From Protoeuglena noctilucae (lineage: Eukaryota), in assembly GCA_958009085.1 (NCBI GenBank), contig OY253676.1, positions 496,001 through 560,000 of the forward strand: 64,000 nucleotides of DNA, in the 5' to 3' direction. The notes beneath the pieces are model-generated. The model was given only the letters and a program-made list of their open reading frames with translations, made no database searches and was not told where the DNA came from. A program made the position numbers and the translations under genes. Numbering within the stretch: position 1 is the stretch's first letter; the number at the start of each line of letters is the position of its first letter. Below are positions 37,805 to 50,765 of this stretch, in pieces.

Positions 37805-38251
37805 GGTCCCCACCGATCCCCGCCGACGACAGCCACCCCGGTGATGCCAATGTAACGTTGCCGAGATCCCAGTGCGTGGAGTCGATCGAGAGCTCTCGCG
37901 GGCTGCCGGCCAGCCAGGAGCAGGCCAATTTTGGAAGCGTGCCACCAACGATCCTACGCCCTCAGCGAGACCTGGTTAGCAAAACAGCGCGGTTTTTCAG
38001 GTAGTGGAGCGTCAGAAGGCGGAGCTGACGTCGTTCAGCTGTGTCCGGACGGCGCTGGCTGGCCGTGTCACTGCAGGTCCTGTAGCCTGGGCACGTCAAC
38101 CTGCGGCGCAGCGCCCAGGCAATGTGGAAGGCATGTGTCATCTGCACTAGGCGCTCCTTCGTTCCACTGTTGACCCACAGCTCCCAGCATCTCATCCATC
38201 TCTCCCAACCATCCGAAGCCTCGGGGGGCGCAGAACTTCGCATCGGGCGAA

Positions 38252-39948
38252 ATGACTACGCTGGCGTCGTCGTGCAGCTGTGCCGGGACTCGCGTCGCGG
38301 CACGGGGTCCACGGGGTGCGGGGCCAGGTGAGTGAACGTGCCGGATGGTAGCTCCGCCGATCCATCGCGAGTCCGCGACCCGCGCTGACCCCGCAGTTCT
38401 GGGCGAGAACTCATTGCATCAACGCATCGTTTCGGCCTCATGATGGGCCCTCAATCTCCCTGCTGGCGCAGCGCTGACGTGGTTGGCCACGCGCCCGGGC
38501 CACTCTCCCCACCGCGTCCTCCGCCCGTCGCGGTGGAGCCCGCTTGCGACGCTTCCATCGACTCCCGTCACACGCTGCGACGCCGCGCGGCATGAGGTGC
38601 GGCTCCTCGCGCGCGGTGGCCCGCACGATCCGAGTTGGAGAATTCCAGCCAACCAGCGTCGGCCCGCGCGATCTCTTCGCAGGCATGGCGCAGCGCTGCG
38701 AAGCCGCAGTCGGGGGCTCCTTGGGCGCGTCTTCCAGTGGCTCTCCTCGCGGGCGTGGTTGGGTTGGCTGCTCTCTTCGGCGCACCCAACGCGGCCCTCG
38801 CCGCGCGCTCGGGCGGCCGAGTTGGGGGCTCCAGCTTCTCCTCCCGCGGCTCCTCTTCTCCCTCTTACTCCTACTCGGGCGGCAAGCACTCGGCCGGCAT
38901 GGGTGCGGGCTGGGGCAGCTCGCGCATGGCGCCCTCCACCACCGTCATCCGCACAGGCACGAGCGTCGGGTTCTTCCCCATCGCGCCCACCTACGGGTTT
39001 TACGGGGGCGGCTTCTCGTTCATGTCCACCGCCACGACCCTCATTATCGTCGCGGCACTGGTCTTCGTGGCTGCCCAGGTGAGGCGTAGGCCCATGGAGA
39101 CAGCGTGGAGCGTTTCTTGCGCATCATTGCTACGGCGTTGTGGTAAACTCTATCCTGCTCGCATCCCTGGTACCCCCAGGCCTTCAACAGCGGCGGCATG
39201 GGCATGGCGGACGACGAGGGTTACTTTGGGTCGGAGCGCGTGACGGTGGCCAAGGTCCAGCTGGGCCTGATTGCGGAGGGACGGCGCATGCAGCGCGACC
39301 TGGAGCGCATCGCGGGGCGCGCCGACACGAGCGACTCGGACGGGTTGCAGTTTGTACTCCAGGAGACCGTGCTGAACCTGCTGCGGCGGCCGGAGGTGTG
39401 GGTGTACGGGTACTCGGAGGGCAAGTCCGTGACCGGGGCGGAGCGGGGCGAGGAGGAGTACAACCGGCTGTCCATGTCGGAGCGGGGCAAGTTCGAAGTA
39501 AGGAGCGGGGAGTGGGTTAGGGTAGGGAATGGCGCGTGGTTGCGTGAGAGTCAGGGCTGACACCATGACACCATGCAAGTGGTGCCTAGCAGCAAGTGGT
39601 GCTTAGCCGCTGGGGTGGGAGGGGGCCGACAGTGGCTTCGCGCCTGCTACCCTGCAGAAGGAGACGTTTGTCAACTACGGCGGCCGCACGCGCAAGGCGG
39701 AGATGGACGGCAACTCGGAGGCGGTGGACGAGTTAATCGTCATCACCATCCTGGTGGCGTACGAGGGCGGGGTCAAGCTGAACAAGTGCCGCGATAGGGA
39801 GGAGGTTCGCGCGACGCTCGAGACCCTCGGGGGCCTCCGCGCGGACCAGATTCTGGCAGTCGAGGTGCTGTGGACGCCGTCGGACGACAAGGACGCCTTC
39901 ACGCGCAACGACATCATCCAGGACTACCCGCAGCTCAACACGCTCTAG
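38252..39948 (+). CDS. FLAP1: DUF1517 protein, FLAP1-like (fluctuating-light acclimation), plastid
   Basis: ALAARSGGRVGGSSFS, VAKVQLGL..MQRDLERIAGRADTS..LQETVLNLLR, SMSERGKFE|KETFVN, ILAVEVLWTP..DYPQLNTL; transit exons start 38252 (inferred). Confidence 0.85.
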
Positions 39949-40113
39949 AAGCAAGGGCAGCGCGCGTGTGCATGGCTTCTTTGCAGAGGGTCACACAGTG
40001 CGCTCGCCATCGCCGGTGAGCGCGGCCCGCCTTGTGTGCTGGGCTTATTGAAGCACAGAGGCTTTGCCATCCGCCTTGTCTCTGCCTCGTCCATGCCATC
40101 CGCGTCGCTTGGC

Positions 40114-42409
40114 TCACCACTCTCTTCCTCCTAGGCGGGTTGCCAGGGGATGACCTCGATATCCACAGTCAGCACGACTCCGTTCCCGTGCATCTCCCGC
40201 TCCAGCGCCTCCATCCCCACTGCCAGCTGCCTCAGGCCGTCGGCCGCTGCGACAGGCCACACGCGAGAGGATGACCGCCCCAGCGCCACATAGCAGGGCT
40301 ACAACTAGCACAGGCAGGGTGCCAACACTGGCACTGCGCCCACCTGATGCTTCTCGCTTGTATCCCACTTGGAACTCCGCATTTGAGATGGCCGGGAGCC
40401 GTGACGGGGCAGCGAGAGGGGGCCGCCTGCCCCTTCCGCCCAACGTGAACCGACGGGGCCACTGACTGGCCCCTTCGGGAAGCGTCCCCATGGAAAGCAG
40501 CACATCAAGGGACCCCTCCACATGTTGCCGCTCCGGCAGGCCGCCTGCCTCCTCCGCCTCCTCCTCGCTGCTCAGGTCACCCCCCGTCATTGCCTGGAAG
40601 CGCTTTCGGGTCATCTCCACCAGGGCGCCGGCCATGGCCTTGGGGGTGGTCGCGAGACCCCACAGCCCGTACGCCGCCGAGTCGCTGGTGAGGTCCCGCA
40701 GATGGACACCGACCTGGGATTTGGACGCCAGAAGCGATGCGTCGAGCGCCACAGCCGCCCCATGGATCGCCGGGTGACGTGCGGTACACGCTAGTCGGTA
40801 CACACCAGCCGCACGGCCATCGCCCTGACCCAGGCCAAGCATGCTGCTCGCTCACCTGTCCAAGCCTCGGGCAGCCTCCGAGCTCCCTGACCAAAGCGGC
40901 GTCCACCTCGGGGCAGTACCGCACGTCGATGGCTCGCACGGTGTCCCTGAACGCACCATCGAGGGCTCCTTCCAGAGCATCGCCAGCCATGGAGCGCACG
41001 CCGACGGCCTTGAGGTCCTGGAGAGCCGGGCAGCATGCCAGGGCACGCGCAAAGGTGGGGCTGCACCCGAGAGGCGAGTTGGGGCTGCACCCGTGCCAAG
41101 AGACGTCGAGGGCCGTGAGGCGGGGCCCGAACGCCCGCAGCACGCACAGCAGGCCCTGGTCCGAGAGCCAGCTTCCGGTGCTGCGGTGGTGCAGCCCCGG
41201 GGGCCCCAGTGGCGCTTTAGCTGACAGGTCGAGGTGGGTGACGTCTGGGAAGCACGCAGCGAGCGCTTTGAGAGCCTTGGCGTATCCCGTCATCAGCACC
41301 CTGGGCGCACAGCCTCGCTGGGATGTATCGACGACCGTCTCGTCAACGTGGGTCGCCGCCTGGTCGATGCCTGCAGTCTGCGGCTCCATCTCTGCAGCCG
41401 CTTCCGCAGCTTGAGCCGCTTTGCCCAGTGATACCTCCTCCTCTTGGCAGTGCATGGCGAGGTCGTCGTCAGAGGGAAGCAGGCGCATGATCTCTGGGAG
41501 GGCTCCTCCCAGCTTGAGAGAACGACAGATGACCCCGCAGGCTGGCCCGCGGGTCTCGCCCCTGGCCTTTGCGTGCGTGGAGATCTCCTCAGACAGGAGC
41601 AGGCACATCCCTGCGAGAGAGACGGGAGAGCCAGGTGTGAAAGTGGCAGGGAAAGGGTCGGGCAGTGGAGCAGGGCGGCAGCAGGGTGGCAGGCAGGGAA
41701 GGCGATGGCTCACTTGCGCCGTCTCGCGGGTGTGCCTCGATGATGGCGTCCAGGTCCAGCGACTCCATCTGCAAGCGATGTCGAGGCAAGGCGTCCGATG
41801 GCAAACCATGCCCGGTGCGCACTGACGCACCCCTTTGGCCACATGGGGTCCCTGAAGTTACGTCTGGGTCTGATCCATGGCAGGGCTGTTGGCTAGCTCA
41901 TCCCTCACCTTGCTGGCGAGGAGAGGGCGGGCTGTAGCCGCCCATCCCTTGCACACGTGCACAGTGCGCGCCAACGATGCCGCATCCAGCTGGCCCAGGA
42001 TCATGTCCAGGAGTGGCTGGCCGGGCGACAGCAACTCGGCCCAGTCCGCGGGCGCAGGCAGTGGCGCGGGAGCGGACGCCAGGGCGCTGCCTGCGGGCGC
42101 TCCCTGCCGGGGTGCCGGGCGCAGCCCCCCGCCCTTCCTGCGCTTGGCTCGCGTCGCGTACGGTGAAGGCTTCGCTTCCGGCTTTATGCTTGCTTCCATC
42201 GCTTCCGCATCCTGCTGCTGCTGGCGCTTCCGTCGCAGGAACTCCGCATGCACCATCTCCGTGATGTCCTCAGGGCCCAGCTGGGCCCAGGTGCGGCGCT
42301 GTACGATGCCCCAATCCCACAGCGCGCCGAATCCCTCCTGATAGACGTATCCAGCGCCTTCCTGGGTCGCCAGGTCGCCTTCCGGGCCGGCATCGGCCAC
42401 GGCAGCCAT
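40114..42409 (-). CDS. F-box / leucine-rich-repeat protein
   Basis: F-box-like WAELL..LLDMILGQLDAASLARTVHVCKGW; LRR-like VTHLDLS, LTALDVSW, CPALQDL, VRAIDVRYCPEV; 3' end uncertain. Confidence 0.65.
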
Positions 42410-42767
42410 GGGCAAGTGCTAAGCGCGACTGCGCGGTTTCCACGGACTACGACACCAATCTATGCCAGGTCCAGGCAACTTTATGTAACGAAGAATCTCA
42501 CTATGATTGAATATCGATCAAAGGGCGTTTCTGTGCGCGAAACAGACGGTTGCCCTAATCGTGCAAGTAGTGGATTGACAGAGGGACCAAAGACCCAAGT
42601 CTCCATCGATCCAATAACATACCATTTAGTAAAGACTGCCCTGCTTACCCTTCCCGGAAATCGCTGCGTGGACAGTGCGTTCAGGTCACACCTACACGAG
42701 CTCGACGGCTGCCCCCTTTCTCCCTCTGGACCTGCCCTTTTCTGCAGCGGTCAATCCTGCGCCACCC

Positions 42768-45700
42768 ATGAGAGTCGTGAGCCTCTTTTCGGGATGCGGG
42801 GGGCTCGACCTCGGCCTCCAACTCGCCGGGCACGAGATTATCCTGCAGGTGCCGTGGCCTCCATGCCAAGCGCCCGATGTCCTCCCCTCGAGCGCATTCG
42901 GAGCGATTCGCCCCATTTCAAATGACATCACATCATTATCTATCCAGTTGTACCCCTCGCGCAATGCGAGAACGATCCGGACGCGCAAGCGGTCCTGCGA
43001 GACCGCTTCCCAACTGTCCCCCTCGTCCCCGACGTCAGGCACCTCCTCGAGCTGCCCAGGGAGACAGAGATCGTCGCGGCGGGATTTCCATGCATCGACG
43101 TGTCCAGGTGCGGCGCTGCCGCCTCCCTCCGATCCCTGCCTGGGGCCCGCCTTGGCACAGCGGCGTTGGCGGCTGCTGGGCCTGACCCTCCCGCTCCCAC
43201 CTGGCCCCAGGAACGGCAACCGCCAGGGCGTCTCCGGACCCGACACAGGTAAGTCGACACCATGTGATATTCACAATGGTGTCGGAGTGTAGCCGTCAAG
43301 TGCACCCGAGCAGGTCTTCCAAGCGTGGGAAAGCAAGAAGACCCCGCCTGCCCGCTGCATCATGCAGGACTCGTGCAGCACGTTTTGCGGCTGGTGCGTC
43401 GGGCGGCGGAGGACCACCGGCCCGTTCCTTGGCTCCTGTTTGAGAACGTGCTTGGCCTGACCGACATGCCCACCCACGACGGGGGCATGGTCGAGCCCCC
43501 CGCGGTGCAGCGGCTCGTCTCGGAGATCGAGGCTATCGGATACGGCACGTGGGCGCACCGGTGAGGATCGCACAGGGCCTGCGCTTGCATGCCCCTGCTG
43601 TACGCGGCCATGCTCGCGGCATGGTCCTTTGTGGCCCCCACGTAGGGTGCTATCGACGCAATCCTTCGGCATCCCGCACCGCCGGAAGCGCATCTTCCTG
43701 CTGGCGGCGTGGCACGCCGATGCTCGGGACGTGCTGCTTTGCCAGGGCACCCGGGAGTGCGACGGGCTGTGCAAGCGATACGTGAGTGAAGAATGCGGGG
43801 CATGGGGCAGCCCAGTAAGGTATGGTCTGTACAGGGACCTTGCTGCCGTGGCTCCCGCAGCTCCTCCAGCTCCCCCAGCCCATGGGCTGATGAAGCAACA
43901 TGTGGCGTTCTGTCTTGCAGGGTGGTCCGTGCTGGAGGTGCTATGCGGGCCTGTCCCTAGACGCCTTACAGCGGTCGCTGGATGAGCAGATCACAGAGAG
44001 GGCCACGCTGGCCCGGGAGGCGCGCTTCGCCAAGCGACACCGTGCGGCCACTCAAGGCACCGAGGCGGCACCAGTTGTGGATGCGCCCAGGGTGGCGGAC
44101 AAGGTGGCAAGGGAGGAAGGTGCGAGGTGGATCGCATGTCGACTTTCATCACAGTATTTTCCATAGACCAAGCGTCGCATCCACGGCAGCTTTGGCAATC
44201 ACACCCGCAGGCCCTGAGTGCGCGAGCGAGAACCCAGCGACGCAGGAGGCCCCAAGCAACCCTGAGCTGACTGCCGCCCCTCTTGAGCGGGCGGCGGCCG
44301 TCGATGTCGACCCGCCTGGCACCCCAGCCACGCCGCCGCCACAGCCACCGCGCCGAAAGACGTCTGCCAAGCCGTCAGCCAAGCGCAAGATGCCTGCGCT
44401 CCACGATGCCGCAAAACACGCCGTCCCGCCCGAGACCCCGCCCACTCTGCCCGCCACTCCAAGCACCCCCGTCCAGCCGCCCTCGGCCGCCCAGCCGCAG
44501 CCGCAGCCTTCGTTCGCTGCCGCACCTGCCACAGACCCTCGCATGCCCGCGCTGGCATTCGACCTGGGGGAGGCACGGTCGGAGCCCGTGCGGGACATGA
44601 TCCCGAGCCTGACCACGTCCAACCGCTCCATCGTGGTGGCACTCCCTACGGGGAAGTTTGGGTTCCTGCGCCTCACCGACGCAGAGCGACTGCAGGGGCT
44701 GCCTGAGGTGAGTGGTTGGCAGCTGTGAATAGACAGCTTAGAGGCTGGCGGTAGGGGTCACTTACCAGCGCTCTGCATTGCAGAGGGTGACTGGCTGGAT
44801 ACAAGCATGCGTGCGAGTCCCATTGTGGGCGCAACCGCAGGGATGGACCCGACCGGCGCTGGGGAGCCGTGCGACGGACACCGAGGCTGAGGACAACCGC
44901 GGACGCCTGTGGGTCATGATTGGCAACGCCGTGACGGTGAGGGGATGCTACTAGTCGCCTGCTGATACCCGCGTCAGTCTGACGCAGCCCAGGCTTGGCG
45001 TATCTGAGTAACCATGGGGTTAGGCTGTCTCACTAGCGGTCTGGTGTCGATGTCTGCGCAGGTGGACGTCGCTTCGTGGATCGGGGAGCGCCTCATGCAG
45101 CCCCACATGTGAGATACGCTGGAACTGTGCATAGACATGCTGCACAGACAATGGACAGTCCAGCTGATGGCATAGCCATGTAAGCCCTACCCCTGACATC
45201 ATTTGCAGCCACAAGTACGCCTCGTTCGGGCCAGACGACATGCTGCTGCACCCGAGGTTCCAAGAGACAGTGCGGCTGGCGGCCTCCTTGCCTGTGGACC
45301 CGAGAGGCGCGCAGGCGGCCCCGCTGTGGCGCGCAGACGAGCTCGACGCCAGGAAGCTGGGCGGGGAAGGCATGCTGCGGTCCTGGCCCGATGCAGGTGA
45401 ACGCCGCTCAGCGACAACCCACCGAATGCAAATGAGTGTGACACCCCCCCAAGATGCTCCCAAGCCGTGCTCAACTATGGTTGCTTGTGTCTCGCAGCGT
45501 GGTATGTGAAGGGCGTGGGGAGGTACAGCACCCACGCCAGCGACGCCCCCCTCCCGGTGCCCTTCACGCCGCTCTCCGAGTTCATCACCGAGACGGGCCT
45601 CATGCCCGACCAAGGCCGGGTGCACCTCTACCTCGCCAGGCTCGCCGCCAGCACCCTCCAGTGAGCGCGCCCTTGGTCTTCTGTGCTGAGCAGTGTTTTT

Positions 45701-47131
45701 GGTTGCCAACATTGCTGTGGGGTGCTCTGCTGTCTCATACCCTGCCACGCCAATGCCGCCCACTCAACGCGCCCTCACCAACAGCAGATGGCCATGTCTA
45801 TCAAGCTTGTACGTCATGCCTCTGGTGCTGATGGACTCCACCGTTGCTGGTCCCCGCAGCGCCCAGAGAATGAGGCACATCGTCGAGGCCTTCCTTCGCG
45901 CGGGGGCCAACATCCATGAGGCCGTCACAGCCCAGGTCTCTGGGATGGCGCCCCTGGTGCCCGAGGCAGCGGGCAAGCGCCGGGTGAGCGGGGAGTGGGG
46001 CGACGGGAGACGTGGCTGGGTGCTACGGGTGTGCCGACAGCGCCAGTGGTAAAGATGGCTGGGCGCTTAGCAGACGAGTGCACGCTCACTGTGCACACTC
46101 CGGTCGTCCCTCGGTGTGCAGGGGACGGACCTGGCCGCTGCGCCGTGGATGTCAGGGTCGACCGCGCAGGCGTGCAAGCGGTGCGAGAGCTGCGTTGCGA
46201 AGAACAACCGGAGGCGAGTGGCGTGCGTTGAGGGGACACTTACTGACGCGGTCAATGGCGTTGTATACAACAGTCTGTCCTCGCCCCGGCGTCGCAGGTG
46301 CTTCATGGTGCGTGTGGGCCTGGCCGCCAGGGCAGGGCACCACGGCGCGCAGCTGGCGGCGTACGGGGAGGACTGCATCGGGGCAGTCATCGAAGTCTAT
46401 TGGCCCCTTGATGAGCGGTGCTACCGGGGGAGGATCGTATGGTTCAACCCCTTCACGGTGCAGCACGTCGGTGAGGGCCGGTTGCTGTGACGACTCTGCG
46501 CTCACGGCGGGGGACTAAAAGGGCTCATGACTGTTACTGTGCGGTACAAGAGCACCACCGGGTGGTGTTTCGTTAGATCTGGACTACCTCACTGGCCAGT
46601 CACAACGGTACCCCACCTTGCGACACTTGCATGTCCCTGGACTGCGGGGCCTGCCGTGACTCAGCGAGGGTCGCGCCCGTGCAGTGCTGTATGAGGACGG
46701 GGACGTGGAGAACCTGCACCTCTGGACGGCCAACCAGACGATCGTGCTGTGCTCGCGCCCGGACGAGTGGGCCGGGGAGCGCCAGCGGCTCGCCAGGCGA
46801 GGCGTGCTGCGCTCGCAGGGAGGGGCACCGGAGCGAACGATGGAGCCGGAGCTGGCACTAGAGGCATCCTCTGTCGACATGAGTATTGTTCACAGCTTGG
46901 CAGATGCTGCCTGGTACATCAGGGCACACCCACCCGTGCCTCACAGCGATCGACGGTGTCAGAGACGAGGACTGCTCTCTTGTTAAGCGCGCAGGGACCC
47001 GCTGGCAAGGAAGCTCATGAACGTGGAGGCATCGAATCCTGCCAGGGGCCGCGTCACCCGCGGGGCACAGGGGGCGGCGGTGGGCAGCACGAGCGCGGAG
47101 TGAGACGGGAAGGGAAGGGCGCGTAAGATGA
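42768..47131 (+). CDS. DNA (cytosine-5)-methyltransferase with C-terminal CxxCxxC zinc motif and Tudor-like domain, about 14 introns
   Basis: Motif I SLFSGCGG, IV GFPC, VI FENV, VIII PHRRKRIF, IX LRLTDAERLQGLP, X IGNAV; then CKRCESC-x8-C and IEVYWPLDERCYRGRI..H..LYEDGDVENL; last exon uncertain. Confidence 0.88.
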
Positions 47132-47368
47132 GAAGGGCGCGTGACAGTGATGGGTGTGGTGCGAGGCAGGAAGCTAGCTGAGACCTGTCGATACATGATT
47201 TTGTGCAGGCAGCCCTGTATGGCTCGATTAAGTCGAGGAGTTTGAAACCTGGTCACCGTCTGTACGACAGCATGAAACATGTCCCCTATCAAATATGCTA
47301 CTTCTATTGCTTCTCCTATCTGAGCCTACAACACACCGCTGGATCCCCCGGGAGCTTCCACAGCACTG

Positions 47369-47526
47369 TCACCGCACCGCAGGGCATGCCTGGATGGCCC
47401 CTCGCTACCGCACCGCTGGGCATGCCTCACTCGTACCTCGTCACCGCAGCTCTGGGCACGCCCTTTCCTCTCCAGGTATCACCGCAGCCCTGGGCATGCC
47501 TCGCCCTCTCCAGGCATCACCGCAGC
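47369..47526. repeat. Degenerate 36-38 bp minisatellite, about 4.3 copies
   Basis: Core TCACCGCA(C/G)C(G/C/T)C(A/T)GGGCA(T/C)GCC at 47369, 47405, 47441 and 47479; partial copy at 47517. Confidence 0.85.
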
Positions 47527-50197
47527 AATTGGAATGCCCCTGCTTTGTTGACGGGGTCCCATGGCCACACGCGGTGCTTGACGCGCTTCTCGTGCCCCCG
47601 CACCTCCAGCATGATCTGCGCCCCGCAGAAGAAGGTGGCCAGCGCAGGGACGAGGAGCCTGCGAGGGCGACAGGCGGCTCACGTCTGTTGTTGACGGATG
47701 CCGGTCGACACGGCGTGCACCAGTACAACACGCATGACTCGTGACTGGGGATGATTGGGACTGCCAATCAGGGTATTAGAGTCCTCTCTGTTCCCGTGCT
47801 CGCATGTGAGCCACAGGTACTACCTTGGTACTAAAGGCCCTTTCCTCGCCAGTCACCTGATCCCCGCGGCGGTGAACAGCGAGCCGAGGAGCATCCGGAG
47901 GCCCTCCCCACCGAAACAGAACCCGGCGGCGTTGGCTGCGACCAGGACCACGATGTTGACGGCCCCGAACGACGCCTGGAACCATCGGCTGCGCCTGCGA
48001 GGGTCACACGAAGCCAGGCTGCGACTCTGCACTCTGCGCTAAGAAACCCTGTCCCACGCCGCATCGCCTGTCCAGTTGCCCCGCATTGCCCCTGGCGCTT
48101 CCAGCCGCTGCCACTTCGCATACATCGCTGCGAGTGGGCGTGTGTCGTGTACGCCTCCGAGAGCTTAGCCATACCTGAGGGATGGGTACCCCGTCTTGTC
48201 CCACTTGTCCCGCAGGAACCCGAGGTGCGTGAGAGCCACCTCGGGGAGCATGGCCGCTGCCATGATGCCAGCCCACACGAGCAGGTGCGTGACGATGCGC
48301 CAGTCGGCCTCGTGCCACACGGCGACGAACACAAAGACGACGGGCACGGCCAGCGCCCGGCGCACGTTGCCGCCCAGCGGGACGTACAGGTACCGCACCA
48401 GCCACTGGTAGAAGGACGTGTGCCACTCCCGCCAGAAACCCTGCAGGACACAGGTACTATGAGTAGGTGATAGGGAGGGAGGCGATGCGCAAACGACGGC
48501 ATCACCAGCGTTCCGCACCTGTCCTGCGCTTCCACCACACCCACCGCTCATCTCACCTGCACGCTCATGTTGTTGCAGATGCACCGCCGCATGTTCTCAG
48601 GCGCGGGGATGCCGTCCAGGAGGGCAAAGAAACGGAAGAATCGCCAGAAGGAGAGGAACTTGAGCCAAAGGAAGACCAGGTAGGCGAAGCTGATGCAGGC
48701 GAGCTGGTGCACGGGGAGGCGAGAGAGGTCGACGTGACGACGACCCTGCGGTGGGTACGGGAGCCAAGCAGGGTTGGTATAGGAGAGGGTTGGTCTAGAA
48801 GAAACACTTGCGAGGTCGAAGTCGTGCCGGGATGACCCGGAACATGGCCATACCGTGGCTGGCACGCAGAGGTTACGCATGGGGGGCATAGCTGGCCGCC
48901 CTGAGCTGTGCGCTGTGTGACTGTGCAGATATGGGTGCCAATCTAGCCCTGGCTGCCACTCTGCCTCTCCATTCCTGCACTTCGCAGCATGCAGCGTCAC
49001 CTGGGCGGTGAGGAAGTCGAGGTAGTTGAAGTGCAGGAGAAACTCGACACAGAAGATGCCCAGGCAGGCGCGAAAGGCGTACTGTGCCAGGAAGCGCCCC
49101 GGCAGCATGGGCGGGGGGTGCTTGCGCGCCGCGGCGAAGTTGTCGAACGTCACGATGGGCCCCGCGATGTACAGCGGAGGGTAGCAGAGGTACTCCAGGT
49201 AAGCCCCGAGAGTGTAGGCGGTGAGCGGGAGGGTGCTGACCCTGCGGCCCGCGCCGCCCCCGTCCCGCTGCGCACCGTCGCCCTCCGCCGCGGGGCCCTG
49301 CGTCAAGGGCAGCCCCGGGCCTCGCCGCTCGCGTCGCCTCGCGTCGGTCATGTCGATGGCGAAGGATATGAGGCGCAAGGCGGAGATGTTGAAGCACACG
49401 TCCCATCGCAGGTCGCCGCCGAACGAGTCGAGCGGTCCGGCGAGCCAGCGGGGCAGGAGGGCGGCGGAGAAGCCCTGGTGGATGCGGATGAGGTAGAGCA
49501 TGGCGAGGTTGAGAGCCCACACGAAGGGCCCGGCGGGGGCGGCGTCAGGCAAAAACGCAGCTGCAAGGTAGTAAGCCACAGAGGCCGCGAGGAAGAACAG
49601 GGCCCGCGCCCCGTGGGCCTTTGCCAGGAAGGCGAGGCCGGCCACGACCATGAGGGGCCGGTGGAGGCGGGGCAGCACGCGCTGGGTGGCGCGGCTCAGG
49701 ACGGCCGCGGCCAGGAAGGCCGGGGCGAGGAGTGGGAGGGAGTCTCGGAAGGAGGACCACTGGGGGTTGGACCTGTCGACCCATCGACCGACCTCGGCGC
49801 CGGGGATCGTGGGGTCCGTGAGGCCAAGGGCGTTGGTGTGCTCGTACTCCGGGCCCCAGTAGCCTATTAGCTTCATGAGGGTGACCATGAATCGCGTCTG
49901 CGCCCGCATGACTCCCGTCACGGCGACCACCGCCCAGCCGGGCAGCCACCCTGTGCGGACGAGGCATGCGGCGTGGGGTGGGCGGGTGTTGACGGGACAT
50001 TGCGGGAGCCAGGACGGATGCTCGGTCTGTCGTGTGCGCGGGGAGGGGCCCAGCGGCTGGCACTCACCGGGCTTCAAATAGTGGTCGGGCCAGGAGAAGA
50101 GGAGGTAGTTCTGGGAGGCGCCCGCGACGATGGTGTGGCACCACAGGACCATGAACGCCGCCACGACAACCCACAGGACGTGTTCGAGTCGCGGCAT
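47517..50197 (-). CDS. GUP1: MBOAT membrane-bound O-acyltransferase, GUP1/HHAT-like
   Basis: DRSNPQWSSFR, LRLISFAID, YPPLYIAGPIVTFDNF, WLKFLSFWRFFR..ENMRRCICNN, FWREWHTSF..RYLYVPLGG, FVAVWHE. Confidence 0.9.
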
Positions 50198-50765
50198 CGG
50201 GGGCGGGTCATCATCGCTGCGAGTGCGGGGAGGCGGTGGCGAGGATGCGAATGCATGTCCCAAGCGCCGGGCGGGTCGGGGCGATGGGGCGTTTGGGGTC
50301 TCCAGGGCGCTTACTTGAATAGAGTTCTCCGCGATGACCCCGTGCCATGTCCCCCGGATCGCCGAGCGCGGCTGCTCGGTTCGATGTCCATGGCGATCTG
50401 TCAACACGATCTCTGGGCGTCCCCAGCGCGCGCGATGGGTAGGGCCGAAGCCTCAGCTCTGCTTGATCATTTCACTTTCCTCCAGGCATCCAAGGTTTCC
50501 CAGAAAACGTGGCTGGGGCCCACCCAAGTCTCAGCACAGGCGTGACAGTCGCTGCACCAAACCATCCGGCTCACCCTCTCCCGCTAGTTGGCACGCACTA
50601 GCTGGCGCACGTCCTGCGCCGCAGGGAGTCCTGAGATTGACTGAGAAGTTGCCAGGCGCGGTGCCAGATTTGCCAGGGGGGCCCCCTACAGCCCATACGC
50701 GAGCGCGACGTGTCCAAGACATCGCAGGGTAGCGCATTCGAGGGCGTGCTGTGGTAGATTGCGAC

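Noticed and set aside
2136..39948. Functional cluster of plastid genes (TOC75, SQD2, ravA, YaaW-like, FLAP1)
   Set aside because: Interspersed with unrelated genes, and no shared pathway is evident
42768..47131. Restriction-modification system or transposon/virus-borne methyltransferase
   Set aside because: No nuclease, transposase, RT or terminal repeats nearby; the gene is intron-rich and flanked by ordinary genes
47369..47526. CRISPR-like repeat-spacer pattern
   Set aside because: Repeats are degenerate, the 14-16 nt inter-core segments resemble each other, there are no cas genes and the context is eukaryotic
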